Shown: positions 26,101 to 40,495 of the stretch, piece by piece
Layout of the letters: each line of letters starts with the position of its first letter
Position numbering within the stretch: the first letter of the stretch is position 1
Assembly (NCBI RefSeq): GCF_009914755.1
Contig: NC_060948.1
Strand: one strand, 5' to 3'
Length of the DNA: 64,000 nucleotides
Source of the DNA: the human T2T-CHM13v2.0 reference genome, Homo sapiens
Made by a program: the position numbers and the translations under genes
The notes under the pieces: model-generated
Databases searched by the model: none
The model's input: the letters and a program-made list of their open reading frames with translations, nothing else
What the model was told of the DNA's origin: nothing

Positions 26101-28925
26101 CAAAGAATTTTCTCAGAATGCTTCTGTGTAGTTTTCATATGAAGATATTTCCTTTTCCACCATAGGCCTCAAAGCACTCCAAATATCCACTTGCAGATTC
26201 TACAAAAAGAGATTTTCAAAACTAGTCAATCAAAAGAAAGGTTCAACTCTGTCAGTTGAATGCACATATCACAAACAAGTTTCTCGGAATGCGTCTGTGT
26301 AGTTTTTATGTGAAGATATTTCCTTCTCCACAACAGGCCTCAAAGTGCTCCGAATATCCACTTGCAGATTTTACTAAAGAGTGTTTCCAAACTGCTCAAT
26401 CAAGAGGAAGTTTCAAGTCTGTGAGCTGAACGCACACATCACAAAGTAGTTTCTGAGAATGCTTCTGTGTAGTTTTTATGTGAAGATGTTTCCTTTTCCA
26501 CCATAGGCTGCAAAGGGCTCCAAATATCCACTTGCAGATTCTACAAAAAGAGAGTTTCAAAAGTGCTCTATCAAAAGATAGGTTCAACTATGTGATATGA
26601 ATGCACACATCACAAAGTAGTTTCTCAGAATGCTTCTGTGTAGTTTTTATGTAAAGATATTTCCTTTTCCACCATAGGCCTCAAAGCACTCCAAATATCC
26701 ACTTGCAGATTCTACAAAAAGAGATTTTCAAAACTATTTAATCAAAAGAAAGGTTCAAATCTGTCAGTTGAAGGTACATATCACAAACAAGTTTATTGGA
26801 ATGCTTCTGTGTAGTTTTTATGTGAAGATATTTCCTTTTCCACAACAGGCCTCAAGGTGCTCCAAATATCCACTTGCAGATTTCACTAAAAGTGTGTTTC
26901 CAAGCTGCTCAATCAAGAGGAAGTTTCAAGTCTGTGAGGTGAATGCACACATTACAAAGAAGTTACTGAGAATGCTTCTGTGTAGTTTTTATGTGAAGAT
27001 ATTTCCTTTTCCACCGCAGGCCTCAAAGCGCTGCAAATATCCACTTGCAGATTCTACAAAAAGAGAGTTTCAAAACTGCTGTATCAAAAGATAGGGTCAA
27101 CTCTGCGAGTTGAATAAACACATCACAAATAAGTTTCTGGGAACGCTTCTGTATAGTTTTATGTGAATATATTTCCTTTTCCACCATATGCCTCAAAGCA
27201 CTCCAAATATCCACTTGCACATTATAGAAACATAGTCTTTCAAAACTTGTCAATCAAAGAAAGGTTCAACTCCGTGAGATGAGTGCACACATCACAGAGA
27301 AGTTTCTCGGAATGTTTCTGTGTAGTTTTTATGTGAAGATATTGCCTTTTCCACAATAGGCCTCAAAGCGTTCCAAATATCCAATTGCAGATTCCACAAA
27401 AAAAGTTTTTTAAAACTGCTCAATCAAATGATAGATTAAACTCTGTGAGATTAGTGCACACATGTCAAAAAAGTTTCTCAGAATGCTTCTGTGTACTTTT
27501 TAGGGGAAGATATTTCCTTTTCCACCATCGGCCACAAAGGACTCCAAATAACCACATGCAGATTCTAGTAACACAGAGTTTCAAAACTGCTCTATCAAAA
27601 GATAAGTTCAACTCTGAGAGTTTAGTGCAACCATCGTGAAGAAGTTTCTCAGAATGCTTCTGAGTAGTGTTTATGTGAAGATATTTCCTTTTCCACCATA
27701 GGCCTGAAAGCCCTCCAAATATCCACTTGCAGATCCTACAAAAAGAAAGTTTCGAAATGCTCTCTCAAACGATAGTTTCGACTCTGTGGTATGAATACAC
27801 ACATCACAAAGAAGTTTCTCAGAATGCTTCTGTGTAGTTTTTAAATGAAGATATTTCTTTTTCCACCATAGGCCTCAAAGCACTCCAAATATGCACTTCC
27901 AGATTCTACAAAAAGAGTGTTTCAGAACTGCTCAATCAAAAGGAAGGTTCCAGTCTGAGACAAATACACACATCAAAAGGTAGTTTCTCAGAATGCTTCT
28001 GTGTAGTTTTTATGTGAAGATATTTTCCTTTCCACCATAGGCCACAAATGGCTCTAAATACCCACTTACATTTTCCACAAAAAGAGAGTTTCAAAACTGC
28101 TCTACCAAAGGTAAGTTTAACGCTGTGAGTTAAGAACATCACAAAGAAGTTTCTCAGAATGCTTCTGTGTAGTTCTTACGTAAAGATATTTCCTTTTACA
28201 CAATAGGCAGAAAAGTGCTCCAAATATCCACTTGAAGATTCTACAAAAACCGTGTTTCAAAACTGCCGAATCAAAAGAAAGGTTCAACTCTGTGAGATGA
28301 ATGCACACATAACAAAGGAGTTTCTCAGAATGCTTCTGTGTAGCTTTTATATGAAGACATTTAGTTTTCCACAACAGGCCTCAAAGCTCTCTCCATATCC
28401 ACTTGCAGATTCTACCGAAAGAGTGCTTCCAAACTGCTCAATCAAAAGAGACATTCAAATCTGTGAGGTGAATGCAGACATCGTAAAGAAGTTTCTCAGA
28501 ATGCTTCTGTGTATTTTTTGTGTGAAGTTATTCGTTTTTGCACCATAGGCCTCCAAGCGTTCTAAATATCCACTTCTAGATTCTACAAAAAGAGAGTTTC
28601 AAAACTACTCAAACAAAAGGTTCAATTCTGTGAGTTGAAAGCAAACATCACAAAGAAGTTTCTCAGAATGCGTCTGTGTAGTTTTTATGTGAAGATATTT
28701 CCTTTTCACAGTAGAATGCAAAGGGCTCCAAATATCCACTTGGAGATTCTACAAAAAGAGTTTCAAAACCGCTCTGTCAAATGATAGGTTGAACTCCCGG
28801 AGGTGAATACACACATCACAAAGAGGTTTCTCAGCATGCTTCTGTGTAGTTTTTATGTAAACATATTTCCGTTTCTATCATAGGCCTCAAAGTGCTCCAA
28901 ATATTCACTTGTACATTCTACCAAA
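23141..28925. repeat. HOR copy 5
   Basis: 5,785 bp. Variants: 24444 T>C, 25731 G>A, 28686 G>T. Confidence 0.95.
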
Positions 28926-31900
28926 CGAGTATTTCAAAACTGCTCAATCAAACGGAAGGTTCAAAACCGTGACATGAATGCCCACATCACAAAGTAGTTT
29001 CTCAGAATGCTTCTGTGTAGTTTTTATGTGAAGATATTTCCTTTTCCACAACAGCGTGCAAAACGCTTCAAATATGCCCTTAGAGATTCCACAAAAAGAG
29101 TGTTTCCAAACTACTCAAATCAAAAAATGATTTCAACTCTGTGAGATGAATGCACACATCACAAACTAGTTTCTCAGAATGTTTCTGCCTGGTTCTCATG
29201 CGAAGATAGTTCCTTTTTCACCATAGGCCGCAATGTACTCCAAATATCCACCTGCAGATTCTACAAAAGTGAGTTTCAAAACTGCTCTATCAAAAGATCA
29301 GTTCGTCTCTGTGAGTTGAATGCATACATCAAAAAGAAGCTTCTCAAAATGCTTCTGTGTGGTTTTTCGGTGAAGATAGTTCTTTTTCTACCATAGGTCT
29401 CAAACCACTCCAAATATCCACTTGTAGATTCTATAAAAAGGAATGTTCAAAATTGCTCAATAAAAATAAAGTTTCAACACCGTGAGATGAGTGCACAAAT
29501 CACAAAGGAGTTTCTCAAAATGCTTCTGGGTAGTTTTTCTGTGAAGATAGTTCCTTTTCTACCATGGGCCACAAAGGGCTCCAAATACCCACTTGCAGAT
29601 TCTACAAAAAGAGAGTTTCACAACTGCTCTATCAAACAATATGTTCAACTTTGTGGGTTGAACACAAATATCACAAGAATTTTCTCCCAATGCTTCTGTG
29701 TAGTTTTTATGTGAAGACATTTCTTTTCCCTCCATAGTCCACAAAGTGCTCCAAATATCCACTTACATATTCTAGAAAAAGATTGCTTGGAAACTGCACA
29801 ATGAAAAGAAAGGTTCAAATATATGAGATGAATGCACACATCACAAAGAAGTTTCTCAGAATCTCTCTGTGTAATTTTTATGTGAAGATATTTCCTTTCC
29901 CACCTTAGGTCTTAAAACGCTCCAAATATCCACTTGCAGATACTACAAGAAGATTGTTTCAAAACTGCACAAAAAAAGAAATGTTCAATTCTGTTTGATG
30001 AATGCACACATCACAAAGAAGTTTCTCAGAATGCTTCTCTGTAGTTTTTATGTGAAGATATTTCCTTTTCCACAATAGGCCTCAAAGGGCTCCAAATATC
30101 CACTTCCAGATTCTATGAAAAGAATATTTCCAAACTGCTCAATCATAGGAAATGTTCAACTCTGTGAGATGAATGCACACATCACAAGAAATTTCTCAGA
30201 ATCCTTCAGTGTAGGTTTTATGAGAAGATAATTCCTTTTCCACAATAGTTCTCAAAGCACTCAAAATATCCACTTGCAGATTCTACAAAAGGAGTATTTC
30301 AAAACTGCTCAATCAAAAGAAAGGTTCAACTCTGTGAGATGAATGGACACATCACAAAGAAGTTTCTCAGAATGCTTCTGTGTAGTATTTTTGTGAAGAT
30401 ATTTCTTTTCCACCATAGACCGCCAGGGGACACAAATATCCACTTTCAGATTCTACAACAAGAGAGGTTCAAAACTACTCGATCAAGAGATGGTTTCAAC
30501 TATGTGAGTTGAATGCACACATCACAAAGAACTATGTCGGAATTCTTCTGTGTAGTTTTTATGTGAAGATATTTCCTTTTCCACAATAGACGTCAAAGTG
30601 ATCCAGATATCCACTTGCAGATTCCACAAAAAGAGTGTTTCAAAAGTGCACAACCAAAAGAAAGGTTCAACTAGGTGAGATGAATGCACACATCAGAAGG
30701 AAGTTTCTCAGAATGCTTCTGCATAGCTTTTAAGGGAAGATACTTCCTTTTCCAACATAGGCCTCAAAGCACTCCAAATATCCTCCTGGAGATACCACAA
30801 AAAGAGTGTTTGCAAACTGCTCAATCAAAAGAAAGATTTAACTCTGTGAGATGAATCCACACATGACAAAGAAGTTTCTCAGAATGCTTCTGTGTAGTTT
30901 TTATGTGAAGATATTTCCTTTTCCACAATAAGACCCAAAAGGCTCCAAATATTCACTTGCAGATTCTAAAAAAAACAGTGTTTCAAAACTGCTCAATCAA
31001 AAGATAGTTCAACTCTGTGAGAAGAATGCTCACATCACTGAGAAGTTTCTCAGAATGCTTCTGTGTAGTTTTTATATGAAGATATTTCCTTTCCCACCGT
31101 AGGCCACAAAAGGCTCCAAATATCCACTTGCAGATACTATGAAAAGAGAGTTTCAAAACTGCTCATTCAAAAGATAGGTTCAACTCTGTGGTTTGAATGC
31201 ACACAGCACAAAGAAGTTTCACAGAATGTGTCTGTGTAGTTTTTATGTGCGGATGTTTCCTTTTCCACCATATGCCTAAATATTTCCCAATTTCCACTTG
31301 CAGATTCTACAAGAAGAGTGTTTCAAAACTGCTGTATCAAATAAAGTTGAACTCTGTGAGGTGAATGCACACAGCACAAAATGGTTTCTCAGAATGCTTC
31401 CTTGTTGTTTTTATATGAAGATGTTTCCTTTTCAACAATAGGCCTCAAAGTGCTTCAAATGTCCACTTGCAGATTCTACAAAAAGAGTGTTTCAAAACTG
31501 CTCAATCAAAAGAAAGGTTCGACTCTGGGAAATTAATGCACACATCACAAAGAAGTTTCTCAGCTTCTGTGTAGTTTTCATGTGAAGTTATTTCCTTTTC
31601 CACAATAGGCCGCAAAGGGCTCCAAATATCAACTTACAGATTCTAGGAAAAGAGAGTTTCAAAACTGCTCTACGAAAAGATAGGTTGAACTCTGTGAGAT
31701 GAATGCACACATCACAAAGAAGTTTCTCAGAATGCATCTGTGTAGTTTTTACGGGAAGACATTTCCTTTTCCACCATCTTCCACAAAGGTCTCCAAGTAA
31801 CCACTTGCAGATTCTACAGAAAGACACTTTAAAAACTGCTCTATCAAAAGATCAGTTCAAGTCTGTGGTTTGAATGCACACATCACAAAGAATTTTCTCA

Positions 31901-34710
31901 GAATGCTTCTGTGTAGTTTTCATATGAAGATATTTCCTTTTCCACCATAGGCCTCAAAGCACTCCAAATATCCACTTGCAGATTCTACAAAAAGAGATTT
32001 TCAAAACTAGTCAATCAAAAGAAAGGTTCAACTCTGTCAGTTGAATGCACATATCACAAACAAGTTTCTCGGAATGCGTCTGTGTAGTTTTTATGTGAAG
32101 ATATTTCCTTCTCCACAACAGGCCTCAAAGTGCTCCGAATATCCACTTGCAGATTTTACTAAAGAGTGTTTCCAAACTGCTCAATCAAGAGGAAGTTTCA
32201 AGTCTGTGAGCTGAACGCACACATCACAAAGTAGTTTCTGAGAATGCTTCTGTGTAGTTTTTATGTGAAGATGTTTCCTTTTCCACCATAGGCTGCAAAG
32301 GGCTCCAAATATCCACTTGCAGATTCTACAAAAAGAGAGTTTCAAAAGTGCTCTATCAAAAGATAGGTTCAACTATGTGATATGAATGCACACATCACAA
32401 AGTAGTTTCTCAGAATGCTTCTGTGTAGTTTTTATGTAAAGATATTTCCTTTTCCACCATAGGCCTCAAAGCACTCCAAATATCCACTTGCAGATTCTAC
32501 AAAAAGAGATTTTCAAAACTATTTAATCAAAAGAAAGGTTCAAATCTGTCAGTTGAAGGTACATATCACAAACAAGTTTATTGGAATGCTTCTGTGTAGT
32601 TTTTATGTGAAGATATTTCCTTTTCCACAACAGGCCTCAAGGTGCTCCAAATATCCACTTGCAGATTTCACTAAAAGTGTGTTTCCAAGCTGCTCAATCA
32701 AGAGGAAGTTTCAAGTCTGTGAGGTGAATGCACACATTACAAAGAAGTTACTGAGAATGCTTCTGTGTAGTTTTTATGTGAAGATATTTCCTTTTCCACC
32801 GCAGGCCTCAAAGCGCTGCAAATATCCACTTGCAGATTCTACAAAAAGAGAGTTTCAAAACTGCTGTATCAAAAGATAGGGTCAACTCTGCGAGTTGAAT
32901 AAACACATCACAAATAAGTTCCTGGGAACGCTTCTGTATAGTTTTATGTGAATATATTTCCTTTTCCACCATATGCCTCAAAGCACTCCAAATATCCACT
33001 TGCACATTATAGAAACATAGTCTTTCAAAACTTGTCAATCAAAGAAAGGTTCAACTCCGTGAGATGAGTGCACACATCACAGAGAAGTTTCTCGGAATGT
33101 TTCTGTGTAGTTTTTATGTGAAGATATTGCCTTTTCCACAATAGGCCTCAAAGCGTTCCAAATATCCAATTGCAGATTCCACAAAAAAAGTTTTTTAAAA
33201 CTGCTCAATCAAATGATAGATTAAACTCTGTGAGATTAGTGCACACATGTCAAAAAAGTTTCTCAGAATGCTTCTGTGTACTTTTTAGGGGAAGATATTT
33301 CCTTTTCCACCATCGGCCACAAAGGACTCCAAATAACCACATGCAGATTCTAGTAACACAGAGTTTCAAAACTGCTCTATCAAAAGATAAGTTCAACTCT
33401 GAGAGTTTAGTGCAACCATCGTGAAGAAGTTTCTCAGAATGCTTCTGAGTAGTGTTTATGTGAAGATATTTCCTTTTCCACCATAGGCCTGAAAGCCCTC
33501 CAAATATCCACTTGCAGATCCTACAAAAAGAAAGTTTCGAAATGCTCTCTCAAACGATAGTTTCGACTCTGTGGTATGAATACACACATCACAAAGAAGT
33601 TTCTCAGAATGCTTCTGTGTAGTTTTTAAATGAAGATATTTCTTTTTCCACCATAGGCCTCAAAGCACTCCAAATATGCACTTCCAGATTCTACAAAAAG
33701 AGTGTTTCAGAACTGCTCAATCAAAAGGAAGGTTCCAGTCTGAGACAAATACACACATCAAAAGGTAGTTTCTCAGAATGCTTCTGTGTAGTTTTTATGT
33801 GAAGATATTTTCCTTTCCACCATAGGCCACAAATGGCTCTAAATACCCACTTACATTTTCCACAAAAAGAGAGTTTCAAAACTGCTCTACCAAAGGTAAG
33901 TTTAACGCTGTGAGTTAAGAACATCACAAAGAAGTTTCTCAGAATGCTTCTGTGTAGTTCTTACGTAAAGATATTTCCTTTTACACAATAGGCAGAAAAG
34001 TGCTCCAAATATCCACTTGAAGATTCTACAAAAACCGTGTTTCAAAACTGCCGAATCAAAAGAAAGGTTCAACTCTGTGAGATGAATGCACACATAACAA
34101 AGGAGTTTCTCAGAATGCTTCTGTGTAGCTTTTATATGAAGACATTTAGTTTTCCACAACAGGCCTCAAAGCTCTCTCCATATCCACTTGCAGATTCTAC
34201 CGAAAGAGTGCTTCCAAACTGCTCAATCAAAAGAGACATTCAAATCTGTGAGGTGAATGCAGACATCGTAAAGAAGTTTCTCAGAATGCTTCTGTGTATT
34301 TTTTGTGTGAAGTTATTCGTTTTTGCACCATAGGCCTCCAAGCGTTCTAAATATCCACTTCTAGATTCTACAAAAAGAGAGTTTCAAAACTACTCAAACA
34401 AAAGGTTCAATTCTGTGAGTTGAAAGCAAACATCACAAAGAAGTTTCTCAGAATGCGTCTGTGTAGTTTTGATGTGAAGATATTTCCTTTTCACAGTAGA
34501 ATGCAAAGGGCTCCAAATATCCACTTGGAGATTCTACAAAAAGAGTTTCAAAACCGCTCTGTCAAATGATAGGTTGAACTCCCAGAGGTGAATACACACA
34601 TCACAAAGAGGTTTCTCAGCATGCTTCTGTGTAGTTTTTATGTAAACATATTTCCGTTTCTATCATAGGCCTCAAAGTGCTCCAAATATTCACTTGTACA
34701 TTCTACCAAA
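28926..34710. repeat. HOR copy 6
   Basis: 5,785 bp. Variants: 28953 T>C, 31308 C>T, 32921 T>C, 34584 G>A. Confidence 0.95.
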
Positions 34711-37700
34711 CGAGTATTTCAAAACTGCTCAATCAAATGGAAGGTTCAAAACCGTGACATGAATGCCCACATCACAAAGTAGTTTCTCAGAATGCTTCTG
34801 TGTAGTTTTTATGTGAAGATATTTCCTTTTCCACAACAGCGTGCAAAACGCTTCAAATATGCCCTTAGAGATTCCACAAAAAGAGTGTTTCCAAACTACT
34901 CAAATCAAAAAATGATTTCAACTCTGTGAGATGAATGCACACATCACAAACTAGTTTCTCAGAATGTTTCTGCCTGGTTCTCATGCGAAGATAGTTCCTC
35001 TTTCACCATAGGCCGCAATGTACTCCAAATATCCACCTGCAGATTCTACAAAAGTGAGTTTCAAAACTGCTCTATCAAAAGATCAGTTCGTCTCTGTGAG
35101 TTGAATGCATACATCAAAAAGAAGCTTCTCAAAATGCTTCTGTGTGGTTTTTCGGTGAAGATAGTTCTTTTTCTACCATAGGTCTCAAACCACTCCAAAT
35201 ATCCACTTGTAGATTCTATAAAAAGGAATGTTCAAAATTGCTCAATAAAAATAAAGTTTCAACACCGTGAGATGAGTGCACAAATCACAAAGGAGTTTCT
35301 CAAAATGCTTCTGGGTAGTTTTTCTGTGAAGATAGTTCCTTTTCTACCATGGGCCACAAAGGGCTCCAAATACCCACTTGCAGATTCTACAAAAAGAGAG
35401 TTTCACAACTGCTCTATCAAACAATATGTTCAACTTTGTGGGTTGAACACAAATATCACAAGAATTTTCTCCCAATGCTTCTGTGTAGTTTTTATGTGAA
35501 GACATTTCTTTTCCCTCCATAGTCCACAAAGTGCTCCAAATATCCACTTACATATTCTAGAAAAAGATTGCTTGGAAACTGCACAATGAAAAGAAAGGTT
35601 CAAATATATGAGATGAATGCACACATCACAAAGAAGTTTCTCAGAATCTCTCTGTGTAATTTTTATGTGAAGATATTTCCTTTCCCACCTTAGGTCTTAA
35701 AACGCTCCAAATATCCACTTGCAGATACTACAAGAAGATTGTTTCAAAACTGCACAAAAAAAGAAATGTTCAATTCTGTTTGATGAATGCACACATCACA
35801 AAGAAGTTTCTCAGAATGCTTCTCTGTAGTTTTTATGTGAAGATATTTCCTTTTCCACAATAGGCCTCAAAGGGCTCCAAATATCCACTTCCAGATTCTA
35901 TGAAAAGAATATTTCCAAACTGCTCAATCATAGGAAATGTTCAACTCTGTGAGATGAATGCACACATCACAAGAAATTTCTCAGAATCCTTCAGTGTAGG
36001 TTTTATGAGAAGATAATTCCTTTTCCACAATAGTTCTCAAAGCACTCAAAATATCCACTTGCAGATTCTACAAAAGGAGTATTTCAAAACTGCTCAATCA
36101 AAAGAAAGGTTCAACTCTGTGAGATGAATGGACACATCACAAAGAAGTTTCTCAGAATGCTTCTGTGTAGTATTTTTGTGAAGATATTTCTTTTCCACCA
36201 TAGACCGCCAGGGGACACAAATATCCACTTTCAGATTCTACAACAAGAGAGGTTCAAAACTACTCGATCAAGAGATGGTTTCAACTATGTGAGTTGAATG
36301 CACACATCACAAAGAACTATGTCGGAATTCTTCTGTGTAGTTTTTATGTGAAGATATTTCCTTTTCCACAATAGACGTCAAAGTGATCCAGATATCCACT
36401 TGCAGATTCCACAAAAAGAGTGTTTCAAAAGTGCACAACCAAAAGAAAGGTTCAACTAGGTGAGATGAATGCACACATCAGAAGGAAGTTTCTCAGAATG
36501 CTTCTGCATAGCTTTTAAGGGAAGATACTTCCTTTTCCAACATAGGCCTCAAAGCACTCCAAATATCCTCCTGGAGATACCACAAAAAGAGTGTTTGCAA
36601 ACTGCTCAATCAAAAGAAAGATTTAACTCTGTGAGATGAATCCACACATGACAAAGAAGTTTCTCAGAATGCTTCTGTGTAGTTTTTATGTGAAGATATT
36701 TCCTTTTCCACAATAAGACCCAAAAGGCTCCAAATATTCACTTGCAGATTCTAAAAAAAACAGTGTTTCAAAACTGCTCAATCAAAAGATAGTTCAACTC
36801 TGTGAGAAGAATGCTCACATCACTGAGAAGTTTCTCAGAATGCTTCTGTGTAGTTTTTATATGAAGATATTTCCTTTCCCACCGTAGGCCACAAAAGGCT
36901 CCAAATATCCACTTGCAGATACTATGAAAAGAGAGTTTCAAAACTGCTCATTCAAAAGATAGGTTCAACTCTGTGGTTTGAATGCACACAGCACAAAGAA
37001 GTTTCACAGAATGTGTCTGTGTAGTTTTTATGTGCGGATGTTTCCTTTTCCACCATATGCCTAAATATTTCCCAATTTCCACTTGCAGATTCTACAAGAA
37101 GAGTGTTTCAAAACTGCTGTATCAAATAAAGTTGAACTCTGTGAGGTGAATGCACACAGCACAAAATGGTTTCTCAGAATGCTTCCTTGTTGTTTTTATA
37201 TGAAGATGTTTCCTTTTCAACAATAGGCCTCAAAGTGCTTCAAATGTCCACTTGCAGATTCTACAAAAAGAGTGTTTCAAAACTGCTCAATCAAAAGAAA
37301 GGTTCGACTCTGGGAAATTAATGCACACATCACAAAGAAGTTTCTCAGCTTCTGTGTAGTTTTCATGTGAAGTTATTTCCTTTTCCACAATAGGCCGCAA
37401 AGGGCTCCAAATATCAACTTACAGATTCTAGGAAAAGAGAGTTTCAAAACTGCTCTACGAAAAGATAGGTTGAACTCTGTGAGATGAATGCACACATCAC
37501 AAAGAAGTTTCTCAGAATGCATCTGTGTAGTTTTTACGGGAAGACATTTCCTTTTCCACCATCTTCCACAAAGGTCTCCAAGTAACCACTTGCAGATTCT
37601 ACAGAAAGACACTTTAAAAACTGCTCTATCAAAAGATCAGTTCAAGTCTGTGGTTTGAATGCACACATCACAAAGAATTTTCTCAGAATGCTTCTGTGTA

Positions 37701-40495
37701 GTTTTCATATGAAGATATTTCCTTTTCCACCATAGGCCTCAAAGCACTCCAAATATCCACTTGCAGATTCTACAAAAAGAGATTTTCAAAACTAGTCAAT
37801 CAAAAGAAAGGTTCAACTCTGTCAGTTGAATGCACATATCACAAACAAGTTTCTCGGAATGCGTCTGTGTAGTTTTTATGTGAAGATATTTCCTTCTCCA
37901 CAACAGGCCTCAAAGTGCTCCGAATATCCACTTGCAGATTTTACTAAAGAGTGTTTCCAAACTGCTCAATCAAGAGGAAGTTTCAAGTCTGTGAGCTGAA
38001 CGCACACATCACAAAGTAGTTTCTGAGAATGCTTCTGTGTAGTTTTTATGTGAAGATGTTTCCTTTTCCACCATAGGCTGCAAAGGGCTCCAAATATCCA
38101 CTTGCAGATTCTACAAAAAGAGAGTTTCAAAAGTGCTCTATCAAAAGATAGGTTCAACTATGTGATATGAATGCACACATCACAAAGTAGTTTCTCAGAA
38201 TGCTTCTGTGTAGTTTTTATGTAAAGATATTTCCTTTTCCACCATAGGCCTCAAAGCACTCCAAATATCCACTTGCAGATTCTACAAAAAGAGATTTTCA
38301 AAACTATTTAATCAAAAGAAAGGTTCAAATCTGTCAGTTGAAGGTACATATCACAAACAAGTTTATTGGAATGCTTCTGTGTAGTTTTTATGTGAAGATA
38401 TTTCCTTTTCCACAACAGGCCTCAAGGTGCTCCAAATATCCACTTGCAGATTTCACTAAAAGTGTGTTTCCAAGCTGCTCAATCAAGAGGAAGTTTCAAG
38501 TCTGTGAGGTGAATGCACACATTACAAAGAAGTTACTGAGAATGCTTCTGTGTAGTTTTTATGTGAAGATATTTCCTTTTCCACCGCAGGCCTCAAAGCG
38601 CTGCAAATATCCACTTGCAGATTCTACAAAAAGAGAGTTTCAAAACTGCTGTATCAAAAGATAGGGTCAACTCTGCGAGTTGAATAAACACATCACAAAT
38701 AAGTTCCTGGGAACGCTTCTGTATAGTTTTATGTGAATATATTTCCTTTTCCACCATATGCCTCAAAGCACTCCAAATATCCACTTGCACATTATAGAAA
38801 CATAGTCTTTCAAAACTTGTCAATCAAAGAAAGGTTCAACTCCGTGAGATGAGTGCACACATCACAGAGAAGTTTCTCGGAATGTTTCTGTGTAGTTTTT
38901 ATGTGAAGATATTGCCTTTTCCACAATAGGCCTCAAAGCGTTCCAAATATCCAATTGCAGATTCCACAAAAAAAGTTTTTTAAAACTGCTCAATCAAATG
39001 ATAGATTAAACTCTGTGAGATTAGTGCACACATGTCAAAAAAGTTTCTCAGAATGCTTCTGTGTACTTTTTAGGGGAAGATATTTCCTTTTCCACCATCG
39101 GCCACAAAGGACTCCAAATAACCACATGCAGATTCTAGTAACACAGAGTTTCAAAACTGCTCTATCAAAAGATAAGTTCAACTCTGAGAGTTTAGTGCAA
39201 CCATCGTGAAGAAGTTTCTCAGAATGCTTCTGAGTAGTGTTTATGTGAAGATATTTCCTTTTCCACCATAGGCCTGAAAGCCCTCCAAATATCCACTTGC
39301 AGATCCTACAAAAAGAAAGTTTCGAAATGCTCTCTCAAACGATAGTTTCGACTCTGTGGTATGAATACACACATCACAAAGAAGTTTCTCAGAATGCTTC
39401 TGTGTAGTTTTTAAATGAAGATATTTCTTTTTCCACCATAGGCCTCAAAGCACTCCAAATATGCACTTCCAGATTCTACAAAAAGAGTGTTTCAGAACTG
39501 CTCAATCAAAAGGAAGGTTCCAGTCTGAGACAAATACACACATCAAAAGGTAGTTTCTCAGAATGCTTCTGTGTAGTTTTTATGTGAAGATATTTTCCTT
39601 TCCACCATAGGCCACAAATGGCTCTAAATACCCACTTACATTTTCCACAAAAAGAGAGTTTCAAAACTGCTCTACCAAAGGTAAGTTTAACGCTGTGAGT
39701 TAAGAACATCACAAAGAAGTTTCTCAGAATGCTTCTGTGTAGTTCTTACGTAAAGATATTTCCTTTTACACAATAGGCAGAAAAGTGCTCCAAATATCCA
39801 CTTGAAGATTCTACAAAAACCGTGTTTCAAAACTGCCGAATCAAAAGAAAGGTTCAACTCTGTGAGATGAATGCACACATAACAAAGGAGTTTCTCAGAA
39901 TGCTTCTGTGTAGCTTTTATATGAAGACATTTAGTTTTCCACAACAGGCCTCAAAGCTCTCTCCATATCCACTTGCAGATTCTACCGAAAGAGTGCTTCC
40001 AAACTGCTCAATCAAAAGAGACATTCAAATCTGTGAGGTGAATGCAGACATCGTAAAGAAGTTTCTCAGAATGCTTCTGTGTATTTTTTGTGTGAAGTTA
40101 TTCGTTTTTGCACCATAGGCCTCCAAGCGTTCTAAATATCCACTTCTAGATTCTACAAAAAGAGAGTTTCAAAACTACTCAAACAAAAGGTTCAATTCTG
40201 TGAGTTGAAAGCAAACATCACAAAGAAGTTTCTCAGAATGCGTCTGTGTAGTTTTGATGTGAAGATATTTCCTTTTCACAGTAGAATGCAAAGGGCTCCA
40301 AATATCCACTTGGAGATTCTACAAAAAGAGTTTCAAAACCGCTCTGTCAAATGATAGGTTGAACTCCCGGAGGTGAATACACACATCACAAAGAGGTTTC
40401 TCAGCATGCTTCTGTGTAGTTTTTATGTAAACATATTTCCGTTTCTATCATAGGCCTCAAAGTGCTCCAAATATTCACTTGTACATTCTACCAAA
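34711..40495. repeat. HOR copy 7
   Basis: 5,785 bp. Variants: 35000 T>C, 37093 C>T, 38706 T>C. Confidence 0.95.
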
